Source of the DNA: Thermoplasmatota archaeon
Lineage (GTDB): Archaea > Thermoplasmatota > Penumbrarchaeia > Penumbrarchaeales > Penumbrarchaeaceae
Reading direction: 5' to 3'
DNA: 64,000 nt
Assembly (NCBI GenBank): GCA_029762535.1
Contig: JARVGK010000005.1
Span: forward strand, 51,631-115,630
Shown here: one piece after another, positions 41,699 through 50,764 of the stretch
How positions within the stretch are numbered: the first letter of the stretch is position 1
How the letters are laid out: every line of letters starts with the position of its first letter
The notes under the pieces: generated by a model
Database searches by the model: none
What the model was told of the DNA's origin: nothing
Seen by the model: only the letters and a program-made list of their open reading frames with translations
Made by a program: the position numbers and the translations under genes

Positions 41699-42689
41699 TG
41701 TAGAGTACGAATATTTTTTCGCAAGCCACTGTGACTCATCATGACATCCCCCAAAGTAGACCCAGAATGCTCCCTGGCTGGTTCTTTCTCCAGACAGCAT
41801 CATCCGGACACTCACCGATTTCCAACCACAAAGCCCCATGCAACCTTCTATTATACCAGACTATGAATTCATCCAAGGATCCAAATGTCCATCGATGCTT
41901 ATCGTATTCCAGCCAGAACCGTTCCAACTTGCCATTCGTCTGAGGATTGTTTCTCCTTGAAGGAATATATCGGATTCCCTTCTCGATCAACATAATCTGG
42001 AACTTCGAAAGACCGCCATGCACGTTGTAAAACTGGGTACCTCGATCGGTATTCACTTCACGGATGATCGCATTGTAAACCCTGGATCTATCCTCGGCTT
42101 GTTTGAACGTCCCAATGGAATGTTCCATAGTCGCCTCATTGAACTCCGCTCCAGCAAGGACGAACCTCGATGCGTCATCTAGCCAGATTATCACATGAGG
42201 ATGCTCTTCGGAAGTGCGATGCCAGTCACCATGAATAAGACTGAACGAATGCTCTCTCTCATATCTGCATCTCCTCCTCTTTTTCTGTTTCTTGGGGTTC
42301 GGCATGGTATTGCCACTCTTGACCATGTAAGCGTGTATCTTGTGAAGCGGTATCTTGTTACCTTGGCTCTTCAGCTCATGAAATATCATCCTTGATCCAA
42401 ATCGCTTCTCCTTCCAGGTATTGTCAATGAGCTCCTTTTCTTTTTGTGTAAGAGGGCTGGCCTTGGGCCTTCTGTTCTTCTTCAGCTTAGGGATCGTCCT
42501 TGTCTGGGTATATGAACGTACCACTTGCTCTACTCTCCTGACGGAAATGCCATAGATCTGTGCCACCTTGTTTTTGTCCCAGTCCTTGAGATCCACGATA
42601 TGGCGGCACATCCATCGGATCTTCTTATCCGATAGTTTGGTCATTTCCCCGGAGTGTTCTTCATCGCGAAATAATTTCTGTACTCTACA
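41699..42689 (-). mobile_element. IS481-family insertion sequence, 991 bp, with 15-bp target-site duplication
   Basis: TIRs TGTAGAGTACGAATATTTTTTCGC / TGTAGAGTACAGAAATTATTTCGC (TGT...ACA ends); flanking direct repeat AGACCGGTCCACGAC at 41684-41698 and 42690-42704. Confidence 0.92.
41739..42644 (-). CDS. IS481-family DDE transposase (301 aa)
   Basis: N-terminal HTH; IHGDWH, LDDASR, TDRGTQF, NPQTNGKLERF, YN..R.H; start MTKLSDK at 42644, inside the TIR boundary. Confidence 0.92.
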   Translation of the reverse strand: MTKLSDKKIRWMCRHIVDLKDWDKNKVAQIYGISVRRVEQVVRSYTQTRTIPKLKKNRRPKASPLTQKEKELIDNTWKEKRFGSRMIFHELKSQGNKIPLHKIHAYMVKSGNTMPNPKKQKKRRRCRYEREHSFSLIHGDWHRTSEEHPHVIIWLDDASRFVLAGAEFNEATMEHSIGTFKQAEDRSRVYNAIIREVNTDRGTQFYNVHGGLSKFQIMLIEKGIRYIPSRRNNPQTNGKLERFWLEYDKHRWTFGSLDEFIVWYNRRLHGALWLEIGECPDDAVWRKNQPGSILGLLWGMS

Positions 42690-42725
42690 AGACCGGTCCA
42701 CGACAAAAAATAATGAATAATTAAA

Positions 42726-42839
42726 GTGGACCGGTCGGGATTTGATGCATGAAAAATCCCTTTGGGATTTTCCGCATCCTTTGAACTCGACATTGTCGAG
42801 TTCTTCAGGAACCCAAGGGTTCAAATCCCTCCGGTCCAC
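42726..42839. repeat. tRNA-end-flanked multi-hairpin palindromic element (unit A, 114 bp; MITE/REP-like)
   Basis: Terminal IR GTGGACCGGTCGGGATTTGA / TCAAATCCCTCCGGTCCAC enclosing hairpins AAAATCCC-TTT-GGGATTTT, GAACTCGACA-T-TGTCGAGTTC and AACCC-AA-GGGTT. Confidence 0.85.
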
Positions 42840-42884
42840 GATACTATTTTAACTTCTTTTCGCTTACATTCAATAGTATAAGAG

Positions 42885-42958
42885 TGGACCGGTCGGGATT
42901 TGAACCCGAGGCCTCTCGCATGCCAAGCGAGCGATCTACCGGTCTGATCTACCGGCCC
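42885..42958 (-). tRNA. tRNA-Ala(GGC)
   Basis: GGGCCGG/CCGGTCC acceptor stem with G3:U70, anticodon arm CTCGC-TTGGCAT-GCGAG, T arm TCGGG-TTCAAAT-CCCGA. Confidence 0.97.
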
Positions 42959-43090
42959 ACGATCTTGCCACTGGAGGTAGATATGCTCCAGATATCACGG
43001 TGAAGTTGCAGGGCGTATAAATCATTTTTGAGGGAATACGCCTTTATAGAGTTATTTCAAGATACCTAACAAAACGATTATAACACCGTT

Positions 43091-43864
43091 ATGGATTGTA
43101 TCCACATGGCTCCGAAGGATATAGACGATCTTGTTTTACCTAAGATCAAAGGCAAGAAGGAAAAAAAAGGAACCGAATTGTCCGATAAGGACATGGTAAT
43201 GGTCGAGGAGCTTATAAAGGTGTATAAATCTGGAAAACTCGAAGTAACAGCCTTGAGGGGCGTATCGACCTCGATAAAAAGAGGAGAGATCGTTGCAATA
43301 ATTGGACCATCCGGATGCGGAAAAACAACACTGTTGAATATCATAGGAGGACTTGACGATGCGACCGCTGGAAAGGTCTTCGTTGATGGAAAGAACATCC
43401 GCAACATGAAAGAGGAGAAGCTCGTTCAGTTCAGGAGGAAGACGGTAGGCTTCATTTTTCAGAACTTCAACCTGATCCCATCCTTAACAGCAAGGCAGAA
43501 CATAGAGCTTCCCATGAGGTTGAACAAGCTTCCAATGGATACGAGAAAGGAGAGGATCACCAAGCTCTTCAAGTCGATCGGATTGGAGGATCGGATGGAT
43601 CATAGACCTGAGCAACTATCAGGAGGAGAGCAGCAGAGGATCGCCTTCGCGGTCGCATTGGCCAATGATCCACCATTGATACTCGCTGATGAACCAACAG
43701 GCGAACTAGACACTCATACAGGGCAGGAGATCATGGAAATATTCAAAGCCCTCTCGCGTCAGCTAGGTAAGACAGAGATCATCGTAACACACGATCCCAG
43801 GATCGCCGATTTTGCCGATAGAACTCTTAAGATCATCGACGGTAAGATCGTCGGAGATGAATGA
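43091..43864 (+). CDS. ABC transporter ATP-binding protein (LolD/MacB type)
   Basis: GPSGCGKT, FQNFNL, LSGGEQQR, LADEPTG, VTHD. Confidence 0.95.
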   Translation: MDCIHMAPKDIDDLVLPKIKGKKEKKGTELSDKDMVMVEELIKVYKSGKLEVTALRGVSTSIKRGEIVAIIGPSGCGKTTLLNIIGGLDDATAGKVFVDGKNIRNMKEEKLVQFRRKTVGFIFQNFNLIPSLTARQNIELPMRLNKLPMDTRKERITKLFKSIGLEDRMDHRPEQLSGGEQQRIAFAVALANDPPLILADEPTGELDTHTGQEIMEIFKALSRQLGKTEIIVTHDPRIADFADRTLKIIDGKIVGDE

Positions 43865-46802
43865 GATGTCGTTCTTAAGCTATCTCGGGATCGCACTGAA
43901 GGATTCCTTCTACTATCGTTCCAGATTGATCGGATCGATACTTGGAGCTCTCATAGCGGTAAGTTTCATTTCAGGTGCGGTGATATCGGTAGATGACATC
44001 TCTGGTAGATTCTTCGAGGACACTTTGAAAGATATGGAATATCATCTCATCTTCGGAACCGGTTACGTCTCATCCGCGAATATCAACGTTGACACGGCAG
44101 CTCAGAGGATCAAAGGGGTGGATGGAGTGAGAAAGGTTCTCGGTGTAGTGAACGTGGATAATTACCTTTACAACGAGAACGGGAGCGCTACGATCGAAGG
44201 TATCACGTCCGAGACCGCGGAACACTATTTCGGGACAAAGACCACCCTACCTTTGGATGGCAAGGATGTTATAATACCGAACGATCTCGCACGCAGGCTC
44301 GGCGTCTCAAAGGGCGATGAGTTCATAATGAGCGTTTCCTCCAGTTATATTAATTATGACTTTGACATTGATTATGAAAAGGAAAGATTTAGAGATATAT
44401 CGTCCGATCCAGCTTATCCCGGATACGATAAGGGATCCTTCAACTACACTTTCAAGGTGTTCGATATCATCGACAGGGTGGGAAAAGATAGCGATGAAGG
44501 TTATTACGATTCGACCTATTACTACGAGAGTAAGCTGGTGATGGGTGTCGGGGGCCTGAGAGAGTTCATCAAGAATTTGAAAGCTATTGATCCTTACGGC
44601 TATGTGAACGCAGAGCAGACCATAATGATCAGGATATCATCATCGTATTTCAAGAACCTCGAGGATGAGAGCGGGACCAATGCGCAGGTTTCCGAACTAG
44701 TTAGGGATATAAATCAGGAGCTGCAGCCGTTGGGTTACACTCTTTGGTCCAATTATGTTAAGGACCTTTATTCGATGTACAAGACGTTCTCCTATCTGAT
44801 GAAGGTATTCTTCATCGTCCTTTCAGTTCCCTTACTTCTCATATCCTTCTACCTTCTATCAGCAGGTTCCAAGGTGGGTATGGAGGAGAGGATCCGCGAG
44901 ATAGGCCTCATGAAGATAAAAGGAGCATCGAAAGGACAGGTAATAACGATACTTCTTATTGAGAGTCTTATATATGGAATGTTCGGAGGCTTATTAGGAT
45001 TGGTCGTTGGGTCAATAATGTCGTTATTCTTCACGGCTAGGGTATTCGGATTCCGGCCCTTGGATATCTTATCCAGGGGAAGCGTTCCGATACCTGGTAT
45101 TGGGCTAATGGTACTAGCCTTTATGGTTGTGCCTGCGATAATTTTGATAATGAGGCTTTCCTCGATCTTCAAGATGTCAAATGTGCCTCTTCTTGAGGCT
45201 CTAGGCAGGGCGACGATTCTCGAGAAACAGAAGAGGTACAGGATAACCACGGATCTGATGATCCTTACTTTCACGTCACTCATCATATTGCTCATGGTAT
45301 ACTTTAATTATAATCCGCCGAACAACTTCTATCTCGGAATGATAGCCTTCATCCTGATGTTCCTATCCCCCCTGGCTGTCCTTTTCCTACCCTTTCTTCT
45401 TATTTTGTCGATAAGTAGACTGACAATAATTGGATTCGATTTCACCTTGAACATATTGTCGAACATTGGAAGGCTCATCATCGATGATCTGTTCCCGTTG
45501 GTGAAAGCGAATATGGTTTTTCAGAGAAAAAGGATCGCAACGCTTACAATTCTTGTCACGACCGTGATAGCCTTCGGTATTCTCATATCATCTCTCGATG
45601 CTTCCCGCACATCAAAGGTTGAGGCCGATGTCACAGCAACCATACCATCGGATCTTTTAGTATGTGAGTCCATCAAGTTCAAAGACCATACCAACAACAT
45701 TTCCGATCTTCCTTCATTGAAATGGATGGTCATAGTGGACATCCACAACGACATAACGATACAATCCCAATACGATTACTATTATTACTCTCCAAGGATA
45801 ATCTCCTTCAATTCCACGGAATACCAAAAGAGGATAGATGTCCCCGATTCCGCTGTAATGGATGGAAAGGGTCCGGAAGGTATGGTCTCATCAGGGGAAG
45901 TACCGGTCCTGATAAATTCAGCTATGAGAAGCAACAGCGATATCAACATCGGATACACGTTCTGGATGACGTCGCAGACATACTATGAAGGAATTCCATT
46001 TAACCAGGAGACCATTGAACCTTTCAAGGTCAAGGTAGTGGGCATTGTGTCATATTTACCTGGGACGCGAAGCACGATAGATTATGGTTCTATAGAGTAT
46101 ACCGATCACGGCCGTCCATATGTCAACATCGAGGACAAATACGAGGAACCGGCAATATACCTAGATTCCAGATACCTCCCATCAAATATGATCCCCAATC
46201 ACAGGACATATCTCATCGATACCAAGGGTAAAGAGGAAAAGGCGATCAATGATATCGATTCGATCGCCTGGAACGATACAAAATATTTCGTTCTATCAAA
46301 GGAGAAGGAGATCCATACGATCAAGGACAACCTCATTTTCTCGAGCATACAGATGCTTCTGGATATGGAATACCTGTTCGTGATAACGGCCGTTACCGGC
46401 GGGGTCATGCTGTTCATGATAGTATCGACCTCATCCAGAAGACGTGAGTTCGCTGAGATACTCGCCAGAGGTAGCACCAGAACCCAGGTGCTCAGGCTTG
46501 TAATAACAGAAGGGGTGATAATTCTGGCGGCCTCCCTGCTCATCGGGACGTTCATAGGTATGATCGTATCCATCGCTTTTCAGCACCTGTTCACATTCGA
46601 TCTCTTCAGCATGTTGGAGATGATATTGATGCCGAGCTCCAGGGACGAGATGGTAGATACTGGAGGTGGGATAGTGTTCCCTCCCTCTATGCTTTTGCTT
46701 CACCTGCTCGCGATAATATCCGTTATAGGTGCTTCTGGGTTAACGAGCTGGATCGCATCAAGGGTGGATGTCGCATCCTCTCTGAGGCTCAGGACGAGTT
46801 GA
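43857..46802 (+). CDS. ABC transporter permease, duplicated FtsX/MacB-type
   Basis: Two FtsX signatures (ERIREIGLMKIKGA; RRREFAEILARG) with extracellular domains; start set at ATG 43857, overlapping the ATPase stop. Confidence 0.9.
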   Translation: MNEMSFLSYLGIALKDSFYYRSRLIGSILGALIAVSFISGAVISVDDISGRFFEDTLKDMEYHLIFGTGYVSSANINVDTAAQRIKGVDGVRKVLGVVNVDNYLYNENGSATIEGITSETAEHYFGTKTTLPLDGKDVIIPNDLARRLGVSKGDEFIMSVSSSYINYDFDIDYEKERFRDISSDPAYPGYDKGSFNYTFKVFDIIDRVGKDSDEGYYDSTYYYESKLVMGVGGLREFIKNLKAIDPYGYVNAEQTIMIRISSSYFKNLEDESGTNAQVSELVRDINQELQPLGYTLWSNYVKDLYSMYKTFSYLMKVFFIVLSVPLLLISFYLLSAGSKVGMEERIREIGLMKIKGASKGQVITILLIESLIYGMFGGLLGLVVGSIMSLFFTARVFGFRPLDILSRGSVPIPGIGLMVLAFMVVPAIILIMRLSSIFKMSNVPLLEALGRATILEKQKRYRITTDLMILTFTSLIILLMVYFNYNPPNNFYLGMIAFILMFLSPLAVLFLPFLLILSISRLTIIGFDFTLNILSNIGRLIIDDLFPLVKANMVFQRKRIATLTILVTTVIAFGILISSLDASRTSKVEADVTATIPSDLLVCESIKFKDHTNNISDLPSLKWMVIVDIHNDITIQSQYDYYYYSPRIISFNSTEYQKRIDVPDSAVMDGKGPEGMVSSGEVPVLINSAMRSNSDINIGYTFWMTSQTYYEGIPFNQETIEPFKVKVVGIVSYLPGTRSTIDYGSIEYTDHGRPYVNIEDKYEEPAIYLDSRYLPSNMIPNHRTYLIDTKGKEEKAINDIDSIAWNDTKYFVLSKEKEIHTIKDNLIFSSIQMLLDMEYLFVITAVTGGVMLFMIVSTSSRRREFAEILARGSTRTQVLRLVITEGVIILAASLLIGTFIGMIVSIAFQHLFTFDLFSMLEMILMPSSRDEMVDTGGGIVFPPSMLLLHLLAIISVIGASGLTSWIASRVDVASSLRLRTS

Positions 46803-46812
46803 TCCGATCGTA

Positions 46813-47967
46813 TCAATCGGTTCCTGACCTATTGAACCTTGCGGTCGCGACGCTGTAAGCGCCGATAACCATGGCAAGCAGTAGAAAAAATTCAAATAAT
46901 CCTATCATCATAAGAACGGGCAAACATAGGATGCCGAGCCCTGCCATGGCATTCCAAAGCATATGGTTGATGATGCCGATACCAATAAAAGGAAGGGATA
47001 TCAAAGGCAGCAGGAGATCGCTGGGGAGCACTTGGACTATTTTTACATTCCCCCTCTCTCTAAGAGTAAGGGATCGAAACCATCCAAAAGCGATCCCTAT
47101 CAGAACAGGTCCGATCATGTGAATGACCATGTTGAAGAATGATCTGAAACCAATTAGTAGGAAGAAACCCATTCCGCCTGCGGCTATGATAGCGTTAACC
47201 CCGTACAAGAAGTTCTCGACCAGGGCGAAGCCAGCTCCGAATAGAATGCCATAGAGAATCCCATCCGTTTCATCTTTGATCTGGGAGAATATCAGGAAGA
47301 AACCAAGAGCTTTGAAGACCTCCTCGAATAATGGTGCTGATAACACGGAAGCGTCTAATCCGATCGGCTCCATCCATATGAAGTTGAAGGTGTTGATGAA
47401 CAGCGATGGGAACGTGCTGAGCATTCCCCATAGAAGGGCGACAACTAGATATCCCCTCGGTTCTGGCTCGTAAGGATCGAACGCGTAGCCGAAGGACATC
47501 CAGGCTATAGCAGGCATTGTGATAGTTATTAGCATGAAGGGAAAGGAAATCGGAAGCGCGATCAAGCAAATAGGATTGACACTGGGAGGTATCAAGAAGA
47601 GAACTGTCGAGACGATGAGGCTGAAGATGAATATGAATATGGAAATACCAAAAGTCGTAAGTTTCTGGGTAATGTATAACTTACGATAGTTATTATGCTG
47701 TCCGTATATCGGTGTGGATATCTGGATAAAGGGTATTGTCCAAAAAGACTTGCTTCTCTTTATCATATACGTAAAGCCAATGTTGAAAACTATTCCGGAA
47801 AATATCACAAAAGGTATCAACAGAAGTGATAATACAAAGCCAAGCAATGCGAACGCGGTTCCAAATAGTTCGAATAGAACTAGGATCGCTCCAAGTATGA
47901 CCGTTAGGATAAAAACAAGAATAAGTATGGTCGCCGTAGTGCCCGCATCGCCCATCAATCCGCCCAT
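46813..47967 (-). CDS. PrsW-family intramembrane metalloprotease
   Basis: DPYEPEP, APLFEEVFK, GFALVEN, conserved His residues (IHM, NHMLWN). Confidence 0.88.
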   Translation of the reverse strand: MGGLMGDAGTTATILILVFILTVILGAILVLFELFGTAFALLGFVLSLLLIPFVIFSGIVFNIGFTYMIKRSKSFWTIPFIQISTPIYGQHNNYRKLYITQKLTTFGISIFIFIFSLIVSTVLFLIPPSVNPICLIALPISFPFMLITITMPAIAWMSFGYAFDPYEPEPRGYLVVALLWGMLSTFPSLFINTFNFIWMEPIGLDASVLSAPLFEEVFKALGFFLIFSQIKDETDGILYGILFGAGFALVENFLYGVNAIIAAGGMGFFLLIGFRSFFNMVIHMIGPVLIGIAFGWFRSLTLRERGNVKIVQVLPSDLLLPLISLPFIGIGIINHMLWNAMAGLGILCLPVLMMIGLFEFFLLLAMVIGAYSVATARFNRSGTD

Positions 47968-48009
47968 GAAGGTGAACAGCTTTTTTTTCCTCAGTATCTT
48001 AAAGCCTCC

Positions 48010-48540
48010 TCAATGATCGATCCCAAGTTTTTCGATCAGAATGGATAAAACGGCATCAGCGGATATTTCGGAAGAGTCGATCACAATGTCATACCATTTC
48101 GGGTCGGATGGATCTATCCCGTAATGTCTGACGTACCTTTCTATCTCCAGCCTTTCCCTCTCCACCATCTCTTCTTTGACCTTCTCGATCGATCCACCGT
48201 CCCTCTCACGGGAGCGCTGTACCCGTATCTCAGGCGATGCGGTGATATATATCCTCGTCGATGGGATCCCTTCCTTTGCACAGAGTGGGCCTATCATCCT
48301 TCCCTCGAGAATCGCATTCCCTTTTTTCGCCTCATCGATCATTCTCATGTCGAGCTCATGATCGAGATCGGGGTCTTCCTTACACCTTCGGGAGAGTTCT
48401 AGAAGGTCCATCCCTCTCTTCCTTCCCTCATATCTGAATATCTCCCCGGCATATACATAGCGAAGTGATATCCTCTCTTTCAGCATTCTGGCGACAGTGC
48501 TCTTTCCAGAACCCGGTGGCCCACCTATCGTTATTATCAT
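48010..48540 (-). CDS. cmk: Cytidylate kinase (archaeal type)
   Basis: ITIGGPPGSGKST, GEIFR, LEGR, RY..HYGID, YDIVIDS. Confidence 0.9.
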   Translation of the reverse strand: MIITIGGPPGSGKSTVARMLKERISLRYVYAGEIFRYEGRKRGMDLLELSRRCKEDPDLDHELDMRMIDEAKKGNAILEGRMIGPLCAKEGIPSTRIYITASPEIRVQRSRERDGGSIEKVKEEMVERERLEIERYVRHYGIDPSDPKWYDIVIDSSEISADAVLSILIEKLGIDH

Positions 48541-48686
48541 CAGACTTGGATGAAATAGGTATGACTATATCTAACCACCCATTTCCATTATCGTAGAATA
48601 TCGTGATAAACCTTATAACCGAATGGACGATGTATATCTTGAAATATCAAGTTTCGATAATCGTTTGACCGAACAAGGGGTAAAAG

Positions 48687-50759
48687 ATGGCGACCAATGC
48701 ATTAGTCAAGGAACAGATTATCCAGGGTATGAAGGAAATCGACAACATATCCACTATCCTATCGAAACTCAAGAGCGATCTCAAGAGCAAGGAGGCATTG
48801 CTCAGGAAGATGGAGACAGCACTTGAGAACAGCGAGGAAAGACTTCAAAAGAAGGTAGCGGAGATAGAGGAGAAGGACAAGAGACTATCGGAGATAGAAG
48901 GTAAACTCCTCAAGAGGCAGGAGGATCTAAGAATCCAGGAAAAGGAGCTTCAGACGAATGCCGTTCTAGAATACCTATCTTTTCAGGCAAGGGAAATGGA
49001 GATCCAAAAACTGATGGAAAGAGCACCGGATCCAGATGCACAAATAAAGATGTCAGCTCATCTGGAGGATTATAAGCGAAAGCTTGAAATTCGAGACAAA
49101 AGGATCGCTGAACTGGAGATGGCCATTGAACGATCATCTGACAAGGGAGCATCGCTATCTGATCATGACACGAAGAGGATCGAGGCGACAGAGAAGGAAA
49201 TGGAGGAATTAAAAGAAAGTCTCTCCAAGAAAGAAAAGGAGCTAATGGACAGGGAAGAGGAACTCCTACAGAACCAGAAGAGAACGGAAATGGGAATGAG
49301 CGAAGAGGATAAGAAGATCATGAAGGTGATCACTGAAAGGGAGGCGGAGATAAGGAAAATGGAAGAATCCGTCAAGAACAGACAGAGGGAGATAAACCAA
49401 GTTCTTGATAATATGGAGATGAAAGAGAATCGGATAAAAGACCTTCAAGACGAGCTTCGTATGAAAGACCAGCTCATTAGAATGAAGGAGGAGAGCGCGC
49501 AGATGATCGAAGGGTCATCCTCGCCGGATATTGAGGAGATTAGGTCTAAGATAGAGAAGGGTTTCACATCAAGAATCGAGATAATGGAGCAGAACTACCG
49601 TACCAAACTCGATGAAGCGCTCAAGAAGATGGACCAGCTTAAGACACGAAACGAAGAGCTGGAGATGATGGGGGATCAGCTCTCATCAGAAAAACTCAGG
49701 ACCACACTGCTCGAAAGAGAGCTCAAAGATAGGATGAACGAGATACAGTTCGCTGAAGAGAGACTTCAGAGAAGGCATGAGCTGATGCTCAAGGAGAGGA
49801 AACAGATCGATGAGCAGGCCAAGAAGATGTCAGAAATGAAGGAGGGCAAACAGGTCGCCCATTTGAACGAGGAGCTCGCCAATCGCGAAAAGCAGCTCAG
49901 GGATATCGAGAACAAGCTTCGGGAAAAGGAGGAATATCTAAGAAAGAAGGAGAGGGACCTAAGGGGTATTGAGAGCCAGATCGTCGATAAGGATATAATG
50001 CTCGAAGCCGAGATCGAATCACAAGCTGGATTGAACAGGGTCAGAACGGGAGTAAGGCGTTTCGATGATCTTTGTTACGGGGGATTCGAGCCGAATTCGA
50101 ACTTCATACTATACGGCCCTGCATACTCTGGAAGAAGAACATTCACTAATCTCTACATAGCGGAGGGATTGAAAAAAGGGATCCCTACGATATATGTTTC
50201 TACTCAGCATACACCTCATGAGATAAAGGAGCAGTTGAGAAGATTGATACCTAAGATCGATGTATACGAGGAGAAGGGCCTGATAAAATACATTGATATG
50301 TATTCAAGGTCGATGGGGATAACTGAACAACTTGAAAACACCATATACATAGAGAAATCGACGGACCTGGAAGCTCTGGAGAACGCCATCAGTACATTCC
50401 AGGAGGAGTTCAAGGGTAAATATCCCTATCACAAGATAGTGTTCTTTTCTCTATCGACCCTGCTTACCTATATAGAACCATTATCCATTTTCCGATTCTT
50501 CCAGATACTGAACGCGAAGAACAAGAGGGCCAATGCGGTATCCATATATGTGATCGATACTGGAATGCACGATCAATCGGTCATACAAACACTCAAACAT
50601 GTCATGACCGGGTTCATTGAGTTCAAGTTGGAGGACCTGAAGTACTTCCTGAGGATCGAAGGAGGAGGGGATGTGATGTCCAGGGCCTGGATAGAATACT
50701 CCTTCACGGACAAGAGCTTCGATCTAAGAGGTTCGTTCTCTCTGGACCATATTAGATAG
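48687..50759 (+). CDS. Long coiled-coil protein fused to a degenerate KaiC/RAD55-like ATPase domain
   Basis: ~440 aa of E/K/R-rich heptads, then RVRTGVRRFDDLCYGG, Walker A GPAYSGRR, Walker B KIVFFS. Confidence 0.85.
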   Translation: MATNALVKEQIIQGMKEIDNISTILSKLKSDLKSKEALLRKMETALENSEERLQKKVAEIEEKDKRLSEIEGKLLKRQEDLRIQEKELQTNAVLEYLSFQAREMEIQKLMERAPDPDAQIKMSAHLEDYKRKLEIRDKRIAELEMAIERSSDKGASLSDHDTKRIEATEKEMEELKESLSKKEKELMDREEELLQNQKRTEMGMSEEDKKIMKVITEREAEIRKMEESVKNRQREINQVLDNMEMKENRIKDLQDELRMKDQLIRMKEESAQMIEGSSSPDIEEIRSKIEKGFTSRIEIMEQNYRTKLDEALKKMDQLKTRNEELEMMGDQLSSEKLRTTLLERELKDRMNEIQFAEERLQRRHELMLKERKQIDEQAKKMSEMKEGKQVAHLNEELANREKQLRDIENKLREKEEYLRKKERDLRGIESQIVDKDIMLEAEIESQAGLNRVRTGVRRFDDLCYGGFEPNSNFILYGPAYSGRRTFTNLYIAEGLKKGIPTIYVSTQHTPHEIKEQLRRLIPKIDVYEEKGLIKYIDMYSRSMGITEQLENTIYIEKSTDLEALENAISTFQEEFKGKYPYHKIVFFSLSTLLTYIEPLSIFRFFQILNAKNKRANAVSIYVIDTGMHDQSVIQTLKHVMTGFIEFKLEDLKYFLRIEGGGDVMSRAWIEYSFTDKSFDLRGSFSLDHIR

Positions 50760-50764
50760 TCGTA

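Noticed and set aside
42645-42839. 65-aa N-terminal extension of the transposase in the ORF track
   Set aside because: It runs across the IS end, the target duplication and unit A; the real start is ATG 42644 inside the element.
42726-42839. Additional or intron-containing tRNA gene
   Set aside because: It has only T-arm and acceptor 3' halves; there is no D arm or proper anticodon arm.
41584-42958. CRISPR array or classical prophage attL/attR interpretation of the repeats
   Set aside because: The repeats alternate in orientation, the spacing is irregular and they derive from tRNA; no cas genes, integrase or cargo are present.
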